A stretch of 64,000 nt of DNA, taken from Paragordius varius (lineage: Eukaryota > Animalia > Nematomorpha). Location of the stretch: assembly GCA_964247055.1 (NCBI GenBank), contig OZ176051.1, forward strand, positions 13,702,001 to 13,766,000. Direction: 5' to 3'. Under the pieces are notes generated by a model, which had not been told where the DNA came from, did no database searches, and saw nothing but the letters and a program-made list of their open reading frames with translations. This document shows positions 1 to 13,144 of this stretch, in pieces (position 1 is the first letter of the stretch; each line of letters begins with the position of its first letter). The position numbers and the translations under genes are program-made.

Positions 1-399
1 GACCCTTTAAAAATTAAAAAACCAAATAAATACAAAATTAAATAAATTTTAAATTCATATCATTACATAAATATATTATATTTTTATAATGTTTTATTCA
101 GAATAACTCTATCTTATTTGGTTATTTTAAAGCCGCCAAATATAAATTCATTTAAAATATACAAGACTTTTAAGGTAAAAATTATCATATTTTCAAAATA
201 TAGACCAAAACCTCAAAAATAAGTTGATTTAAATGTTCTTGTTGAAACATAACTTCTTGATTTCTAAAAATTTAGGCAAATCTGAATATATTTTTCCAAA
301 ATTGCCAACTGAAATGAGAATTAAATAGGAGAAATGTTATGGTGGTTATTTTTACAGTCGCGCGTGATAGATATATAAGAAAATATTTATCATTTGTTA

Positions 400-441
400 C
401 ATTTTTTACAACGTCTGCGAGGCCATTTGTGTTGGACACCT
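400..441 (-). CDS. Possible further DGK linker exon
   Basis: Acceptor aaatcag at 442 gives a phase-2 compatible reading (R)GVQHKWPRRRCKK. The donor position is ambiguous and no conserved motif is present. Confidence 0.3.
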
Positions 442-996
442 CTGATTTAAAACGAAAATTTTCACAATCCAAAAAAATTAAGGTACCATTGCACTAAGGA
501 GCGTAAATTTAAACTGAATTTGTTTTTCAGAAAATTATATATAGAAATGGTTAAAAGTATAATGGAGTAATATATATAATAAAATAAGTTTGTGTTTGAA
601 AGTTTAGACATTCAATGATAAGCGTTAAAAATACGAAATTAGTATATTTTAGGAACCTTATTTTATTTTGCTTACGTTTAGATTTAAAATACATATAGTT
701 ATATTTTTATATGATCCATTTTACAATGAGCAAGGCCCTACAAAGCGGGAATATTTTTGCCCCCTTACCGAATAAACCTAAAAAACCTATATATTTTGTC
801 TGTTCTTATATTTGGAAAAATATTGTTAAAAAATTAATTTTTTGTTCTGTCATTACACAGATATACAGGGTTCAATAAAGTTTTTCAATGTTGTTCGCCA
901 CAATCGTAAAAAATAATTATTTAATTTTTTTAAGCTCATTTTTGCAAAATTGCTTCCATGCCAATTATTTTTTTGATAAACTAAAGATATTGATAC

Positions 997-3900
997 CTAA
1001 AAGGGTTATGATATTTATTCCAAATTTTCCCGATACTTGAGCTAAACGAGGTACGGCGTGTTTTTGATTCCGAATTGAAAGAATGGTTAATATTTTGTGA
1101 ATCTTTAAATTTGTCCTGTTGATATGGATTTAAACTATGAGATCGTATTCTATGAATTTGGGATAGTAGAGATTTAGAATTAATAAGATTTATTTAAAAC
1201 TAAATATAAAAAATATTAAATCTCTGGGGTTTTATAAAAAATAGATACCATGTTTAAGTTTAAATTTTAAAATATTCTTACTCTCTATCTTTGTTGTTAA
1301 AAACCAAATTATCGGTATTGGACACAGATCTATTAGTTTTCACGTTCTGGGGTATATTGAGCTTATTTGTATCTACAAAAAAATATTTAATTTTTTTCCG
1401 CGTTAAATTTATCATGAATACCAATGGTACCAAACAGCGGCCTGCGGGCCGCATGCGGCCCTAAGACTACTTTAAAATTGTCATAAGACCATATTGATAC
1501 TTAAATTATTTTTTATTGGTGAATTTTTTAAATATTAAACGATTTTCGCTTATATTAATATTAATTTTTCTAGAGATTTAATTTTGATATTTTTGCTTTT
1601 TACCTAATTTGAAGTGTAGAAAAATTTCCCTACATTAACACTTCGATTCAAATTGGGTATCCAAATACGCCAGACTATTTCTAAGTTAAAAAACTACTGA
1701 AAGAAACGAGCCCAATTTAAATATAGCTTCTATCCTAATAAAAATTGTATAAATAAGCCGAAAACAAAATTTAGTTTTGAAAAAAAAGTTCCATATCAAA
1801 CTACTTCGACTTTTTATTTTACAACATTTTTGCAAAATATAATGTTTATATAATTTTTAAGCTAAAATTAAAGCTACTTTTTCATTTAAATCACTCCTAA
1901 TATTGATGGAAACAGAAAAAGTGGTTTATTTAGTATTATTATTAAATTTAGCAAATGATGTAATGTTGACTAATTTTTACCTTGAGGGTTTACCTTAAAA
2001 TAAGTTATATCAAGTATTTTGGAATGAACCTTTTTATATATTTCGGTTCATTAATGTTATATAAGTGCAAATTTTTGCATGGTTTCGATTCCTTCTACAT
2101 TTTTGAAATATATTTTAAACAGGCCTGAGTATCCAACTATCCCAATTTGAATCGAAGGACTGAAATAAATGTGTTGTATCCAAGTGTTAAAATGATTTCA
2201 AAATATTGGCACACGTTGTTTTTCTTTCTTTATTCTATTTTTTTTTCTATTTTTAAATTTTTATTGCATATTTTTTTAAGCCAGCCTCTCACCTAAACTT
2301 TCATATACATATTCTTTTCATTGCTATCCTAGCATTCAACTCATTCCCATAAAATATTTTCCAGTCGACATCTCATTTCGACCTGTTTTTTAATAGCATA
2401 ATTCAAATTATATACTTAATTTTTTGAAAAAATTTACATAATATTTAAAGATAAATTCAAAGAATGGCATCTAATGCTTAAAACGTAAATTATCCGATGA
2501 AAGTCGTCTTTTAAAAAAGAATGGGAAGAAAAATTCTTTGTCGCTTTAAATAAAAATGTTGTTACATGCCTTATATGGAACAACATAATTATAAAAAATA
2601 CAATAAAACATTTTACAATCCATCATTTTCAAAATTACCAAAAATCATAAGGAAAGAAACGAAAAATATTAAAAGATTAAGGAATCATACCAGAAAGAAA
2701 ACTCGATTATATTTATATCTTTCTCCCAGCTATAACATTAGTTTCATATGAAATTTGATATATTTTGGGAAAAAATGTGAACCGTTTACCTATTTCCAAC
2801 TAATAAAAGAATGTCTAATAAATGGTTGCAATTCATTTGATAAATTCCATAATAAAGATCATGAGGCAAAAAACTTTAACTCTCAGATTCAACATGTGCT
2901 CGACGCATTGAAGATATGCCTAAATATATTTTTAACTTTTGGCTCTGAAAAACTGCAAATATTTTAGAATTACTATTGATTCTAGCACTGATAGCTCAAC
3001 ACCTCAAGTGCGCTCTTCGTGAGATTTTGCAACGACAACATAATCTATTTACCAATGAATATACCAAGAAAGGAAGTGAATTTATCCAAATACGATAATA
3101 ATGGGGTTTCGATCTGCACAGATGCCTGTCCCACTATCATTGAAATAGACAAAGGATTTATTACTCTTTTGAACAAACATAATTTGTAAAATTATTCTTT
3201 CACTGCTTTATTCATCACCAAAACTTGGTTTTGCGTGTAAAAGATGAATCACCTGATTCAGTAATTAAAACGGTTGTGGATATAGTTAACCATATCCGTG
3301 GCAGAGAATTTAACCATCCAAAAATTTAACTTTCTGAAAGATATCGACAGTGAGTTTGGTGATATTCTGTCACCGCTGCGAGACGACTAAGCCTTAGCAT
3401 AAAATAGATTTTTTGTTTTAAGACATGAAATGCTATTATTTATAAAGGAAAACAGAAATGACGATAAAACAAACAGCAAATGGTGGGTTTTATTAGCTTA
3501 CCTTTGCGACATTACTTATGAACTTAGTATTTTTAATACAAGTTTTTAAGGCAGTAAAATAATAACCCAATTTATCAAATATTTGCTTTTGAAGAAAAAT
3601 TAATAAAATATAAGCAAATAAATAAAACACTCCCATTTTTTCCAACACTTAAAACGATTCATGGAGAAAATATGGAATTTACCGCGGAAATAAATTTAAT
3701 AACACACAATCATTTATTTTTATCTAATATGATAAAATTCATTCGAGAATTATGAAATTTAAAAATTGTTTAAAACTCATTGAAAATCCATAGCATATCT
3801 ATATATCCAATATTAAGCAACTTGAGCATTTCGTTGATCAGGCGCATATCATCGAAGAATTCATAGATTTTAGAAATGATTCAAATAAGGCTAAATTCAA

Positions 3901-6900
3901 AAAGAATCGTAGCGAAGAAAGATATGTAGAGTGTGGCTAGATGTGCCAAAATGAGAATATAAAAAAATGTCTCAAGTTTTAACTGTTTTTCTCTCAACTT
4001 AAACGTGTGAGACGGCATATTCAAAAATGAGGTATGTCAAAATACATACAGAAATCTAACCGATGATCATATGGCGGACGTATTAAGATTGGCCTGTCAG
4101 GAAGCGAAACCAAGATTGTCAAAAATTATTGGTTATTATCAAAAAAATTTTATCAAAATTTTTTAATTTTTTAAACTAAATGCTTCAAAACGACTTTAAC
4201 TGAATTTACATGCGATACAAAAAAAATTCACTGTGCTGATTTAGAGTATAAATATGTGCATATGTGTCAAATAGCTATGGAATATTTGCCATTATAAAAT
4301 TCATGGCCCTCGAAAAAAAAATATTTTATTTGGACCGTCAAATTTTTTTGGTGAGTACTACTGATGTACTATTCGCAAAATATATAATTATTTTAAATCA
4401 ATCGTATAGGAAACTCTATTTTTCATTGTTTTTAACCTAGATGTAAAGTATTACAAGTCATAAAAACACATATCACTCATACATTGAATTCACCACTAAA
4501 TATTTTGATTCACCCTTAACGTTTGCTTTTAATCCCCGTTTAAAATTAAGAAAGCTTAAATAATATTTTCGAAAACAGCTTTTTTTTAGTGTATAGAATA
4601 ACAGCTAATCACAAAGTAAACATGGCATGCTTATAAGGTATATTTTTGACGGTTGCTTCGTGATTTCAGCATTGTTCATATTGGGGGTCGTTTAGATATT
4701 ATTTTAAGAAAATAAATAATATACAGCATCGCATTTCCGCATTCTCTTTAATGATTTAATACGTTTCTTTCAAGAACAGTGAGTTGCAATTTTATTAGAA
4801 TAAAGAGCTGTACATGGCGCCTGTTCTCTGTTTTATTTTTCTCCCCCCTAAGATAATTATATCTGCATTGCTCAATGAAGGCCTAGTGCTTCATTAAATT
4901 ATGATGGATTCCTTTTCTTTTACTGATAGCGTCCTGGTTTAATTGTGTAGAGCGATTCGACCGATTTAACTATATTTTGAGCAATTCTAAATAGATCAAA
5001 ATTTTTTTATTTGTTTTTAGTTACAATCCGATACTTGTCCTAAAACTTTTTTCACCTTAATAATGGATTTTCATTTTCTTTAATATGTGTTTTGGCGACC
5101 AATTTTACACTAATTTGAGTAATTCTATGGATTAAAACTTCATCTTTATGGTTACAATGCGATTTTTGTCCTCACACTTTTTTCTCCTCAATCACTTCAT
5201 AGTGGTATTAGATTGGATATCTGCACCATAAATATGTTGGTTATCCATATTTGCTTGTTGTAGAAAGGTTTCCAATTTTGCTTACATATATTTGATATTT
5301 ATTTAAAACGAGATATTCAATCCAAAATATTATTTATAAACTAAATTGATATTATATTTAATATATTTTACGAAATTATGGTTAAAGTTTTATTTTGAGA
5401 TTGTGTTCACACAGCTGGGATCAAGGGATATAAAAAGTAACTTGTTTTCGGTCCCTTTTAAAAGGAAAGAATGATATACAAATTAGTCAGAAATGTGTTT
5501 AACTGAACTCGTATGTCTTCTTATGTTTTTTAATCCGCTCTAAGCCCACGCCATTTTTGTATGGCGTCTCGGTTTTAAACCGGACCCCTACCCATAGACC
5601 TATATGGAAAAGCGCGGAGTTAAATTCTTTGCCTTTATAGGGCAAATATTTGGAATTATCTTTGATACCATCGTCTCATGGGGTTTTCGAAAAACCTCAA
5701 CAATAATCGTTATGTGATGGCGTGTTCTTAGGGGCTTAAAGGCCCCAAATTAACGGCTGTTAAAAAAAGTTCGACCTTAATTTTTATCTAGTTACGAGTA
5801 ATATTCAAGCTTTTACTGTACTCATATGGTTTCATAAATTTTCTGTAAATTATTTACAAAATAACGCAATTTCTATATAGTGGCGCAGTTTTTGGCCGGT
5901 AGCTCCTTACCCAGGGGGTAAAAAAAGCGTTGGGTAAATTTTTTTCTTCATTTGGGGAACATCTGGAATTATTATGGATTCCATATGTTCCTATTACACA
6001 CATACGTTTTCTGAATTTTGGCTCCAAAGGCATGCTGTATCGAAATGGTGTCGCAGTTTTATTCGGGTAGCCCTTTAACCAGGGACAAAACAAAATACGC
6101 TCGAATAAAATATTTGCCTCAATTCGGGTAATACCTGAAATCATGACTGATTCCATATGCTCTCGTTTAAATTGCCTCAAAACCAATAAGTCATTCTATG
6201 GTGGCGCTGAGATTAATTAATGGGTAAATTAATGAAACCACTCTACCTAAATTTTTGCCATTTTACGGGTAATATTTCAAGCCCTTATTAAACTCTGATA
6301 GCCTGATAAGTTCTCTAAAATTTGCTTCCAAAGTCAGGCTGTATCGATATGGCGCAGAGTTGTGGGCGTAGCTTTCTACCCAGAGGCTAATATAAAAAAG
6401 ACGTTCGATAATATTTTTTGTATTTATAGGGGAATGGAATCATCATTCATTCCATATGTTCTTAATAATTTTTGGAAGAATGGCCTCAAATCTAAATGAT
6501 AGTTGAAGGATAACATATTTTTAGGGCGTAAAGGGCGTAATGACAGCTAATTAAAAAAAACAAACGACTAAAATTTTTGCCTTTTTACGGGTAATATTTT
6601 AAGCAGCTATTGAACTCATGTGGCCTGATAGGTTTTCTGAAATTTAGCCCCAAAGGCACGCTATTATATGACGGGGCAGTTTTTAGCGGTATCTCCTTAC
6701 CCAGCAGCCAATACAAAAAAGCACGACTAAAATTTTTGCTTTTTAACAGGATATACCTGGTTCTTATTAAAATTTTACGGTTTCATACGTTGGGCGAAAA
6801 ATAGATTCAAAAAATTATTTTTGTGGACTTAATTTTTATGAGAAAAAGTAGTGGGTAAAAAAAGGCCCAAAATTAAAAAAGCGAGACGACTATGTTCGGC

Positions 6901-9900
6901 GCGATCAAAAATAAGTAAACAAAAATCATATTTGAAATTGAATGGTCCAACACATTCACCGGAAAATTGTCTCAAAGACACGATTTTTGTAGACTTGTGT
7001 TTTCCAAAAAACTGTTTTGTACACGGGGTGGGCCCGAACTGGGGACCTAATTCAAAAAAAGATCGAAGCTATTGTTGGGGCATTCATTAATGAATATATT
7101 TTATCGATGTTTGGATTTGAATGGGTCTACCGGTTTTCAGGTACCAGATCACAAAGCCAGAATTTTCCAATTTTATAAATATATAGATATACAGGTATCT
7201 GATATTTTTAAATCTTGATTTGTCTGATCTGAAGCCATACAAATGTGGATGGTGAAATAATTTTAATAAAATATTTCTTAGATAATTCTTTAGCTTTTTT
7301 TGGCCCCCCTAAAAATTCATAAAAGTCTCAAAAATAATATCTTAAGTATTTTCTTTATATAATATACTTAGTAACATCATTCTAAAAGATTTAGTGAGTT
7401 TAATTTAACTGATCTCGGCGGCAGATGTATAATGATATTGAGAATATATCAAAATAAATTTTTTTTAAAATTACCATGTACTTATACATCGGTGTTTTAT
7501 TAAAGTTTTTTCAGATACTATGTTAATATCCGCTTCAAAAAAAATAATTTTTGAATGCCATAGAGAGTTTAACGCAAAATTAACCATTTTTTAGTATATA
7601 AAAATCCTAAAAGAAATTATTGTCTATTTTCATAGGATGTGCTAAATGCAAATTAGGGTGAAGTCGATAGGTTTAAGGGTGAATATAAATGTTTACTATT
7701 TTAAATGTTCAGGGTAAATTGAGATGTTCAAGGATCTCAAAAGCATAAACGTCAATTTAATTTTTCGGTGAAAAGGGTAAATTGTGTAATTAAATGGTAT
7801 AACATCAAATAAATATGTTTTTCGTTGTAGCAATTTATGTTAAGTATGATTTAAATTAATTTAATTATCATTTTGGAAAATAAGAAATAAGATTTAAAAG
7901 TTATCATAAGTATTTGTTTTTATGTTAAATAATTGTCATTTAATATATCTGTTAATAGAAAAATTAATTTTTTGCAATTCTTTGAATAACAATGTTAATT
8001 AACCCTGATAACTACTATATGTTTTTTATTTTTTGGTTATAATTTATCTAAAATTATATGCTGAAAAAAGGTTTATTTATTAGTAACCATACCGTTGTCA
8101 TCTGCATTTAATGATTTTATAGAAGAGCATACGGATGATATTGAATCTCGGCCTAATCCATAGTTATATGGCAAAAGATTCGTATTTTCTAGTTTGTTAA
8201 ATAAAAAATGATAAAAAAATTTGATTGAATATTATGTATTATCTAACTCGGCCATAATGCACGGATTTGAAATTAAACTTTTTTTTGTTGTTTACAAAAT
8301 TGATGACAAAAACGATCTTGATCAGATCTTATCTGTCTAAATATTATGGCACTTTAAACTATTTAACAGTAAAAGACAAACACTTTTATGTCAAACTTTG
8401 GATTCTGTTGATAATACCTATAAGGTTGCCAAAAGGTATAAAAGTATAATGATAGCAAACTCCATCTCAATTGAAAAAGTTTCAATGGCAAATTAAATCA
8501 AAACATGGTCGATCGAAAATATAAATTTTTGCTGAAGCTTTGTTTTGGTAATCGTAACTTTTAAAAATTGCTAAAGAGGAAATTTAAACACTACGGTCAA
8601 TAATTATATATATTCAGCAACAAAAATTTTTAAGAAATTTACCATATTTAATAGTTTAAATTGTAGAATATACAAAAAAATCAAATTAATCATTTTTTTG
8701 TTAGCTTCGATATGAATAAGTGGAAAACTGAAACCTTTATCATATATAATATTTGAATTGGTTTCATTTACAACAGTATCGTTAAGAGTTGGATGAGACT
8801 CATTATGTTCAAAATCTTCAGCGTTATTTGAGGATACATCTTGTATTAAAACATGCGGTATAGGCCTGGAGGTTATAGGAATTTCTACTATTATTAATAA
8901 AAATTAACAAAAACATATTCAGGCAAAATTCGAATGAATATTTTTTAGGAGGTTAAGATAGATATATTTGTTAATTTATAAGCAAAAAATCCTTGAAGCG
9001 AACGTAAAACCCCAAATTGGTATCTTATGAAAAAGGATTGTTGATTACAAAATAATTATTAGATTGTAATACCCGGTGGTTGGCAGTTTAAAAGTTGAAG
9101 TCTGTGAATTTGCTCTAACACGGTTTCGATTCGTTTTTCAATAAAATGGAAATTAAGATCACCTTGTTTAGGGGTGTTTCTTGTAATTTTATCTAGAAAA
9201 ATTATTTGAAAATATATACAGTGGTACTCATAAAAAAGCGTAAGATAGGTATTATTTACTAAAAAGGCACAATTTTATATAAAGATGCTGATCTTTTGTG
9301 GATATACGAAATTAAAGGGTGGAATTAAAAAATACAGGTGAATTTCTTTAGTTACGGCTATTTGATAAAAAGTTTGAATTTTTATTTGGATTGAAAACAA
9401 ACAATTGCATTAAATACAAAAAGATAGATTATATAAAAAAAGGTATAAAGTCACTGTCAAATGTTGTTTTTTTATTTTCAATTATACTGTATCTTAAATA
9501 ATCATATAAGTTTTTATTTATGGGGAAGAAATTGGGTGGGATGATATAGCTTTTTAACCGAAATAAGTTCCCAAAATCTCTACTAGTGTTTAGTTCAAAA
9601 ACAGCATCTTCCATATCTTCGCCAAAGTCAGATGCGTCTCCATCATAATTGTGACTAGAAGTCCCTGAAAAACTCCGTAGTTGTTTAGATGCTTTGGACG
9701 AATTAGGTGGCTTTAACAAAAAAGAAATATTATTGGGTTTATCCTGTTTTTTCCTTTTCATGTTGTTTTCATCGTCAATAATATCGGCTGTTAAAGTATT
9801 CGAGCAAGTTATGGGAGGTGGTGGGCCAAATTTTACCATGTTTATAGGGGATTTGGGTGCGCCAACAGATAGGCTCTAATGTTAAAAATCAAATATCAAA

Positions 9901-10210
9901 TTTAAAAGTCAATTGAATATTTTTCTACTCTCTTAAAAGGGTATAATATTATGAGGGTACCTTAGATTGATTAATTGAAGAGTGTACTATTAAATTTGTG
10001 ATGGTTGCGTCAGAAGATGACTGATTAGATGCTTGTGGGGTAAGGGGGGCATGTTGAACCAAAGCTATGAAAAAATTGACTAGTTTAAAACATCCGTTAA
10101 TGATTAATAAAATTAAATTTAATGGTATATGAAAATATAAAAAAATTGTACATAAAATTTTGAATATTTTAATAAATTTATTTAACGGTTAATTGGGCTA
10201 ATTTTGTTTT

Positions 10211-10285
<75 letters not shown>

Positions 10286-13095
10286 GAAAATGTTGACTGC
10301 AATGAACATTAATAATTGTATTTAAAAGCGGTCAGTTCGGTTATTATTTTTGAACCGGTATTATAGCGAATAGCGGTAATGTATACATACCATTATTTTT
10401 TATAGAAGAAGGTGATATGGTAGCGAGGGAATTATTATTTTCAAAATAGGCAACTTTGCTTTCCTCAGGATGATCTATGGTAGATTCAGCATGGTACGCA
10501 ATATTAATATAACCATTTTTTATATTTTGTCCTTTGGCGAATGTTTCATCTCTATCAGCTATGTTAATAAAAGATGTAAAGCATTTTAAAAAATGAGTAA
10601 TTTTCGCTTCCAATGCTTTGATACATACACTCAGATCCTTTTGCTCATGACTTAAATCATATGATTGTTCAAAAAGTGTTGCTATCTCACACCAATCGGT
10701 CTGAAGACTGCCTGGGAGATTTTTACTTAGAGTACTAATGTGACGGATTCCATCATTTATGTTGCTTAAAATATCCCTCCAATCTTCCTTGGCATAACAA
10801 TTAGGATTGCTGCTAGAAATACTATCAAAATTTAGTTTTGTAAATATATTTTGGTCTGCATTTTTGTGTCGTGGTTGGTTTGGATAGGTTATCAACGGTA
10901 GGTCTCCAATACACTTTTCAGGATCTTTTTCTATCCCGTAATTAGTGACAGGCGGCAATTCAGGGGCGTGATCATCTTCGTATACCATGATACTCCATCT
11001 AATTGATATAGCATATTATAATCAAAATAGAGGTTAAAATAATCGAAAACTGATCAATGGTATTCGATTATAATAGGTTGTAAATAACTTATCGGCTATA
11101 TCAAAATTAATTTGGCTTCACTCCAACTTTATTCCCTTGAATTTTTTCCTTAAATCTGGTTTATAATTTGTGTTATAAAGTTGGAGCAAATATGAAAATT
11201 ATTCAAAATTATTGCAAATATTGTGGTAATTTAAATTAACATCTGACCTATCTAACATTTTGACCGAAGCCCTTTCGAATCTTTCAATTATGGTCGGAAT
11301 CGATAACGTATCATCGAAGGTGCTTCCCCAACCCAAAACACGCGATAAATCATTACCTGTTCCAAAGGGTAATATTCCAACTTGGCACTAATTTTCAATT
11401 AGAATCGGGTATAATTTTGTTTTTACGATCAACGGATGTTAGAGTTTTATCAAAAATTAATTATATCAAATGAATTACTTTATGCAAAAGATTTAAATTA
11501 TCAATTTCTTTGAGGACCCAGCTTATACTTCCATCACCCCCGCAAATTAAAATACGAAATGGTTCAAATCGTCGAAATAGTTTCAACCTGTAGAAACGTA
11601 TAAATATACAATAATAAGTAAAGCGTCAAATAAGTAAAGGTATATTCATAATATAATTTTCCAAAGGGAATAGACTGCCATTTGTATTTAGAGTCAACCA
11701 CATTAACTACAGTCTAATTTTCGCATTTTATGAATATTCTAAAACTGCCACATACCCGAAAACAGGACCTCTTTCAAGTAAATCAAACACTTGGAGTGGA
11801 TTCAAGTATTGTTTAAAGCGTCGAATTATGCGTAAGCCCTAAATGCAAAAAATATGTATTAAATTAGGGGTATCCAACACAAATAGCTTAGCGGACCGCA
11901 ATCAAAAAATATGTGTATATTAATAATTATTTTAGATTTCAAGTATGGTTGTAAAGTATAAGACAATTTAACTAATATTTATTTCAAAAAATTTCGCTAG
12001 TTTGTTGTCGAAATTCAAAGGACTTATACAGAAATTTTTTATCAATATTACTAAGAATTTTTCAATTATTTCGCAATCTATCATAAGAGCAGTGTGGAAT
12101 ACGCTTTTTTAGGTACGCAAAAATGCTTTACAAAATGTTTAAAAAAAATAAAAAATAAATTTCAATCAATAATCTACGATTATTTTGATGATATATCCTC
12201 CGTTATGCTCAAAAAGTTAAAAAAACCCAAAATCAATGTAGTGAATATATTTGTGCTAGACGCCACAGTTTTAAATGGTATGTAAGACATCCCTGTATTA
12301 ATGGTTTCATATATATAAAATATAATAATTAAAAGTAATGCGTGCCTGTTTGTCCCCGCTCTTGGAATTGATAAAGACTATTAGCGGACTTATTCCCGTG
12401 TATTGCATGGATTTACAACGTTTCCTACAACCAGCAGCATTCGATGGTAACAAAATGCGATCTTGACCATTATAAACATTATTATCGGGATCGAAGTGAA
12501 ATATTTCATCTTCCGAATTTTCGTCCCCAAATACCATTTTATCTCCATTTACTTTTTGTGGATTAGGTCTGTGAATAGCAGTATGTGGGTAATTTTTTCA
12601 AATGGGCTATTTCATCTTAAACTAAATTTAGCTTTTTTTGAATTATATGCTTTACATCAAACAGTATCATTCTTTTATAAATGCGTATTCGCATTAATTC
12701 TACGTCATGCACAAAAAACATAATTTGGATAAAATACCCCGAGATAGTATTAGGTATACTATTGCCATCATCACCATTTAAATCGTGTGCTATATTGTGA
12801 TTTTCATTGTTTTCAACAATATCGTTACAATTTAACATGGAATTGAGGAGAGAACCTTGAACATATATGGGTTGAACGATAGACATTTTAAAGGGACCCA
12901 GGTTACAAACTATCGATAGTTGTGGTCGACACCGTTCATGTGTCTAATGTAATAAATTATATATATTGCAGAAATCCTCCTTAACTAATAAAAAAGTAAA
13001 TATAATTTTTTGAACATATTATTTTTTTTGAAAGTAATTTGCACAAAAAATTTACGATTAAATAACGACTTCGATCATCAAATATTTAATATATC

Positions 13096-13144
<49 letters not shown>

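Noticed and set aside
4727-4778. Plus-strand exon-like segment (acag|...|gtgagt) suggesting a nested antisense gene
   Set aside because: It is a single 52-nt segment with no partner exons or recognisable product; such sites arise by chance in AT-rich DNA.
9100-9140. ggtttcgattc resembling a tRNA T-arm (also near 2080)
   Set aside because: No cloverleaf can be drawn, and the first case is the antisense of a DGK exon.
9694-9879. Plus-strand hydrophobic 61-aa ORF
   Set aside because: It is the antisense shadow of DGK exon 9875-9455 and starts at a non-ATG codon.
11121-11186. 12-bp inverted repeat ctccaactttat/ataaagttggag in a DGK intron
   Set aside because: Too short to call an element and has no TSD or second copy.
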